A stretch of DNA of 63,206 nt, the filler included, from Rhabdomonas costata (Eukaryota), in NCBI GenBank assembly GCA_019059605.1. It is 26 parts of 26 records of this genome, joined end to end, with 100 filler letters (N's around TTAATTAATTAA, not from the genome) between each part and the next. Parts side by side here need not be neighbours in the genome. Positions count along the whole stretch, not along the records: positions 58,440 to 60,773 come from JAHMHO010003965.1; positions 60,874 to 63,206 come from JAHMHO010003966.1; 24 more parts are not named here. One strand, 5' to 3'. Made by a program: the position numbers and the translations under genes. This document shows positions 60,768 to 63,206 of the stretch, in pieces (position 1 is the first letter of the stretch; each line of letters opens with the position of its first letter). Below the pieces are notes generated by a model, which worked only from the letters and a program-made list of their open reading frames with translations, was not told the DNA's origin and made no database searches.

Positions 60768-60880
60768 CACCCCNNNNNNNNNNNNNNNNNNNNNNNNNNN
60801 NNNNNNNNNNNNNNNNNTTAATTAATTAANNNNNNNNNNNNNNNNNNNNNNNNNNNNNNNNNNNNNNNNNNNNTGGGTGG

Positions 60881-60982
60881 AAAACACGGAAAACACGTTA
60901 AAGCACGTCGCGTGTGGGCTTGGCCCTGAGGCCTCAGCGCCAAGCCCACACGCGACGTGCTTTAACGTGTTTTCCGTGTTTT
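60881..60982. repeat. Near-perfect 102-bp palindrome at contig start (probable amplification fold-back)
   Basis: Single mismatch (60925/60938) around central CTGAGGCCTCAG. Confidence 0.9.
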
Positions 60983-61752
60983 TTGGTTACCATTCACACT
61001 AACCAGCAGATGTTCTGACGGCGGATTTCTGTCTTCACTTTTGTGCCCAAAACCCTTACGGCCCTGAACGAAGCTCATCTAATGGCAATATCTTCGCCAT
61101 TGTTCTCGTCCATGCGAAACTGAAACGAGCTTGAAATGATACAAATTCCGCGTTTTTGACTCCGTTTCTGAACACCATTCCCAACCACTTTCTGTGTGCT
61201 TCTGCGGAGTCTTCTCAGCAAGTTGTGACTCAAGGCATTCTTTTCAGGTTTCTTTTTCTTTATCCGCGTTTTCTTGGTTGTTGCTGAAACTGTGCTGAAG
61301 GTTCTTTTCGATGGAAGACCGGGCGGGAAAGTCCTCCGAACGTGATGGTGGGGAGGACAATCACGCCGAAGAGGTTGGGGTTTTTATCACCTCATTTCGC
61401 TGAGCCAGCTTTGCTTCAGTTCTCAGTTAGAGTTTGAAATTTTGAGCAACTCTGACCCATTGATCAGCTGACCCTTTGATCAGGTGTGATCAGATGTGAT
61501 CAACGCATTAGCAACAGTGAACGGATTTTCCTTGATGTAGTTCAGCGCCCCTGCGGAACCCCCTGATATTTTCCGGGTGCAACAAATGATTTCTCTCCAA
61601 TAGTCATCACACAACAAAAGGAACATGAGATGCAAGCAAATCGGGAAAAAGAAACCGGGAAGGAGTGGGAAGGAAGGCGCGAGTGAGAGGTAGGTGTAGG
61701 CAGTTTGTCTTTTTGAGTTTGTCTTAATTCTTTTGACCTTGGTCTTCCTCAG

Positions 61753-62452
61753 CAGCCACCGGAGGAAATAAATGCTGATTACCTTGCGGGGATGATTCCC
61801 CGGAAGAACCTGAAAAGGCTTGCTGCTCTGGGAGGCCTCGAGGGATTGGCCAAGAAATACCTGGAAACCGATCTGAAGCGAGGCGTGCATCAGCGCGTGC
61901 GTGCCTTGGCCCCTCTGCTTTCCACCAAGCTAGCTTTTGACGTATTTCAAGTCGCGTTCGTCATGACGAGGACCTTTAAAAATTCTCCCTCCCCCCTTCA
62001 ATGCTGCGCGATTCCAAGTTGTGGCCCTTTATCATTTTTTCAGTATAATCAAGGGGCGGGTGGGAGGCGGGGGGCGGGCTCTCACGTTTTCCTGTCTCCT
62101 CCTCCGCGTTCGAAACGCCAGTTACTTCAGCAGTGCATGAGGTCACTCAGCTGCTCAGCTCCGAGTTCACCCCTTTCATCCTCACTTACCACGGGCCTTC
62201 TACAGTTACCCGCACATGTCGTGTATGTGTTGATGTTCGAGCACTTTCGCGAAGTTTTGGCGGGCGCACAGACGAGTGCGGGGGAGCAGTGGTTTTGTCG
62301 TGGTTCCAGGTATTGAACCACTGACGATTGCTCAGCGCAAGGAGCGGTTCGGGGTGAACCAGCTTCCTCCTGCCGAGGAAGTCACCTTCCTTGGGCTGGT
62401 GTGGGACGCCCTTCAAGACAAAATGATGCAGATTCTCATCGCCGCCGCTGTG
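61753..62452 (+). CDS. P-type Ca2+-ATPase (PMCA-like), N-terminal exons 61753-61882 and 62310-62452
   Basis: LAALGGLEGLAKKYLETDLKRG|IEPLTIAQRKERFGVNQLPPAEEVTFLGLVWDALQDKMMQILIAAAV is the cation-ATPase N domain; the in-frame join needs a GC-AG intron 61883-62309. Confidence 0.9.
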
Positions 62453-63206
62453 GTACGCCTTCACGCGGAGGGTCCACGAATTTAACGTAAAAGTGTCAAT
62501 CATGGATCAGTATAAATAATGGATCAGTGGGATGGTGGGTGGGGGGCTGTGTAAGTTGGAAACGAGGTGTCAGGGAAATGGGGACAGCAGAGCACAGCAG
62601 CGGACGAAAAGGAAGGACAGCAAAAGGGGAAGGCAAAAATCGTTGGTGCGGTGGAAAGTTTTGAGTGCTGCGTGGATAATGACAGGGAACGGAGAAAAGC
62701 AATGATCCATTATTTGTACTGATACATTATTTCCGCTCTCTCGAAGGTGAAGGGAATTTTCTTTCATTGGCACGGAGGTCGATCCATTTTTTGATGATCC
62801 AATATTTTTCTTCACCAAAAATTCCGAGTTGATTCATTATTAATCCGATCCATCATTAAATTATTTACGGTAACCTTTTTGCCCAGACCGTGTTGTTAGT
62901 TTAGTTACAAGTTTTTCTATTTTTTCCTCTTTTTGTAAGTCTTTTGTAAGGCATGTGCAGGGCGTCCAGGCGCGTTAAGGCTGGTAACCTCATTTAAGTC
63001 ACCCCCTGACCGGACCGGTTGAGTACTGGACTGGAGCCAGACTTAACGTGCACCTCACAATGTCAGCTAGAGTGGCGGTTTGGGGCTCATTTTTGGTGGT
63101 GTGGAAGTACTCCAGAGCTGAGTTGAATGGCCCCTTTCGGGCCTCGACTTTTTTGTGCCGAGTTCTGGGGCTCTTTGGTGTTTGAACATGGACATTTTCG
63201 ACATTC

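Overview
This window is not one locus. It is 26 unrelated contigs of about 2.33 kb each, joined by 25 artificial 100-nt linkers (N44-TTAATTAATTAA-N44). Most contigs start with G/T-only and end with A/C-only tracts, consistent with whole-genome-amplification primers. Most DNA is from an intron-rich eukaryote, probably a euglenid (VPV-repeat articulin exons, GT-AG and GC-AG introns, standard code). Recognisable host gene fragments: amino-acid transporter, articulin, ankyrin protein, divergent midasin-like tandem AAA+ ATPase, fatty-acid elongase, an intronless pseudo-receiver/PARP fusion, two opposite-strand bestrophins, a FadH-like flavoenzyme, a SIR2_2-type sirtuin and a P-type Ca-ATPase. Mobile relics: three Ty3/gypsy fragments (one carrying a dUTPase), a maT-like Tc1/mariner element with TIRs, and a DIRS/Crypton-type tyrosine recombinase. 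The stand-out is contig 34111-36445, which reads like giant-virus (Imitervirales/Mimiviridae-like) DNA: very AT-rich spacers, an AAAATTGA promoter motif, an intronless gene with a circularly permuted RING finger, a perfect 14-bp hairpin between convergent genes, and a 305-bp inverted-repeat element that may interrupt an early gene. All assignments are by motif recognition by eye; no database search was run.
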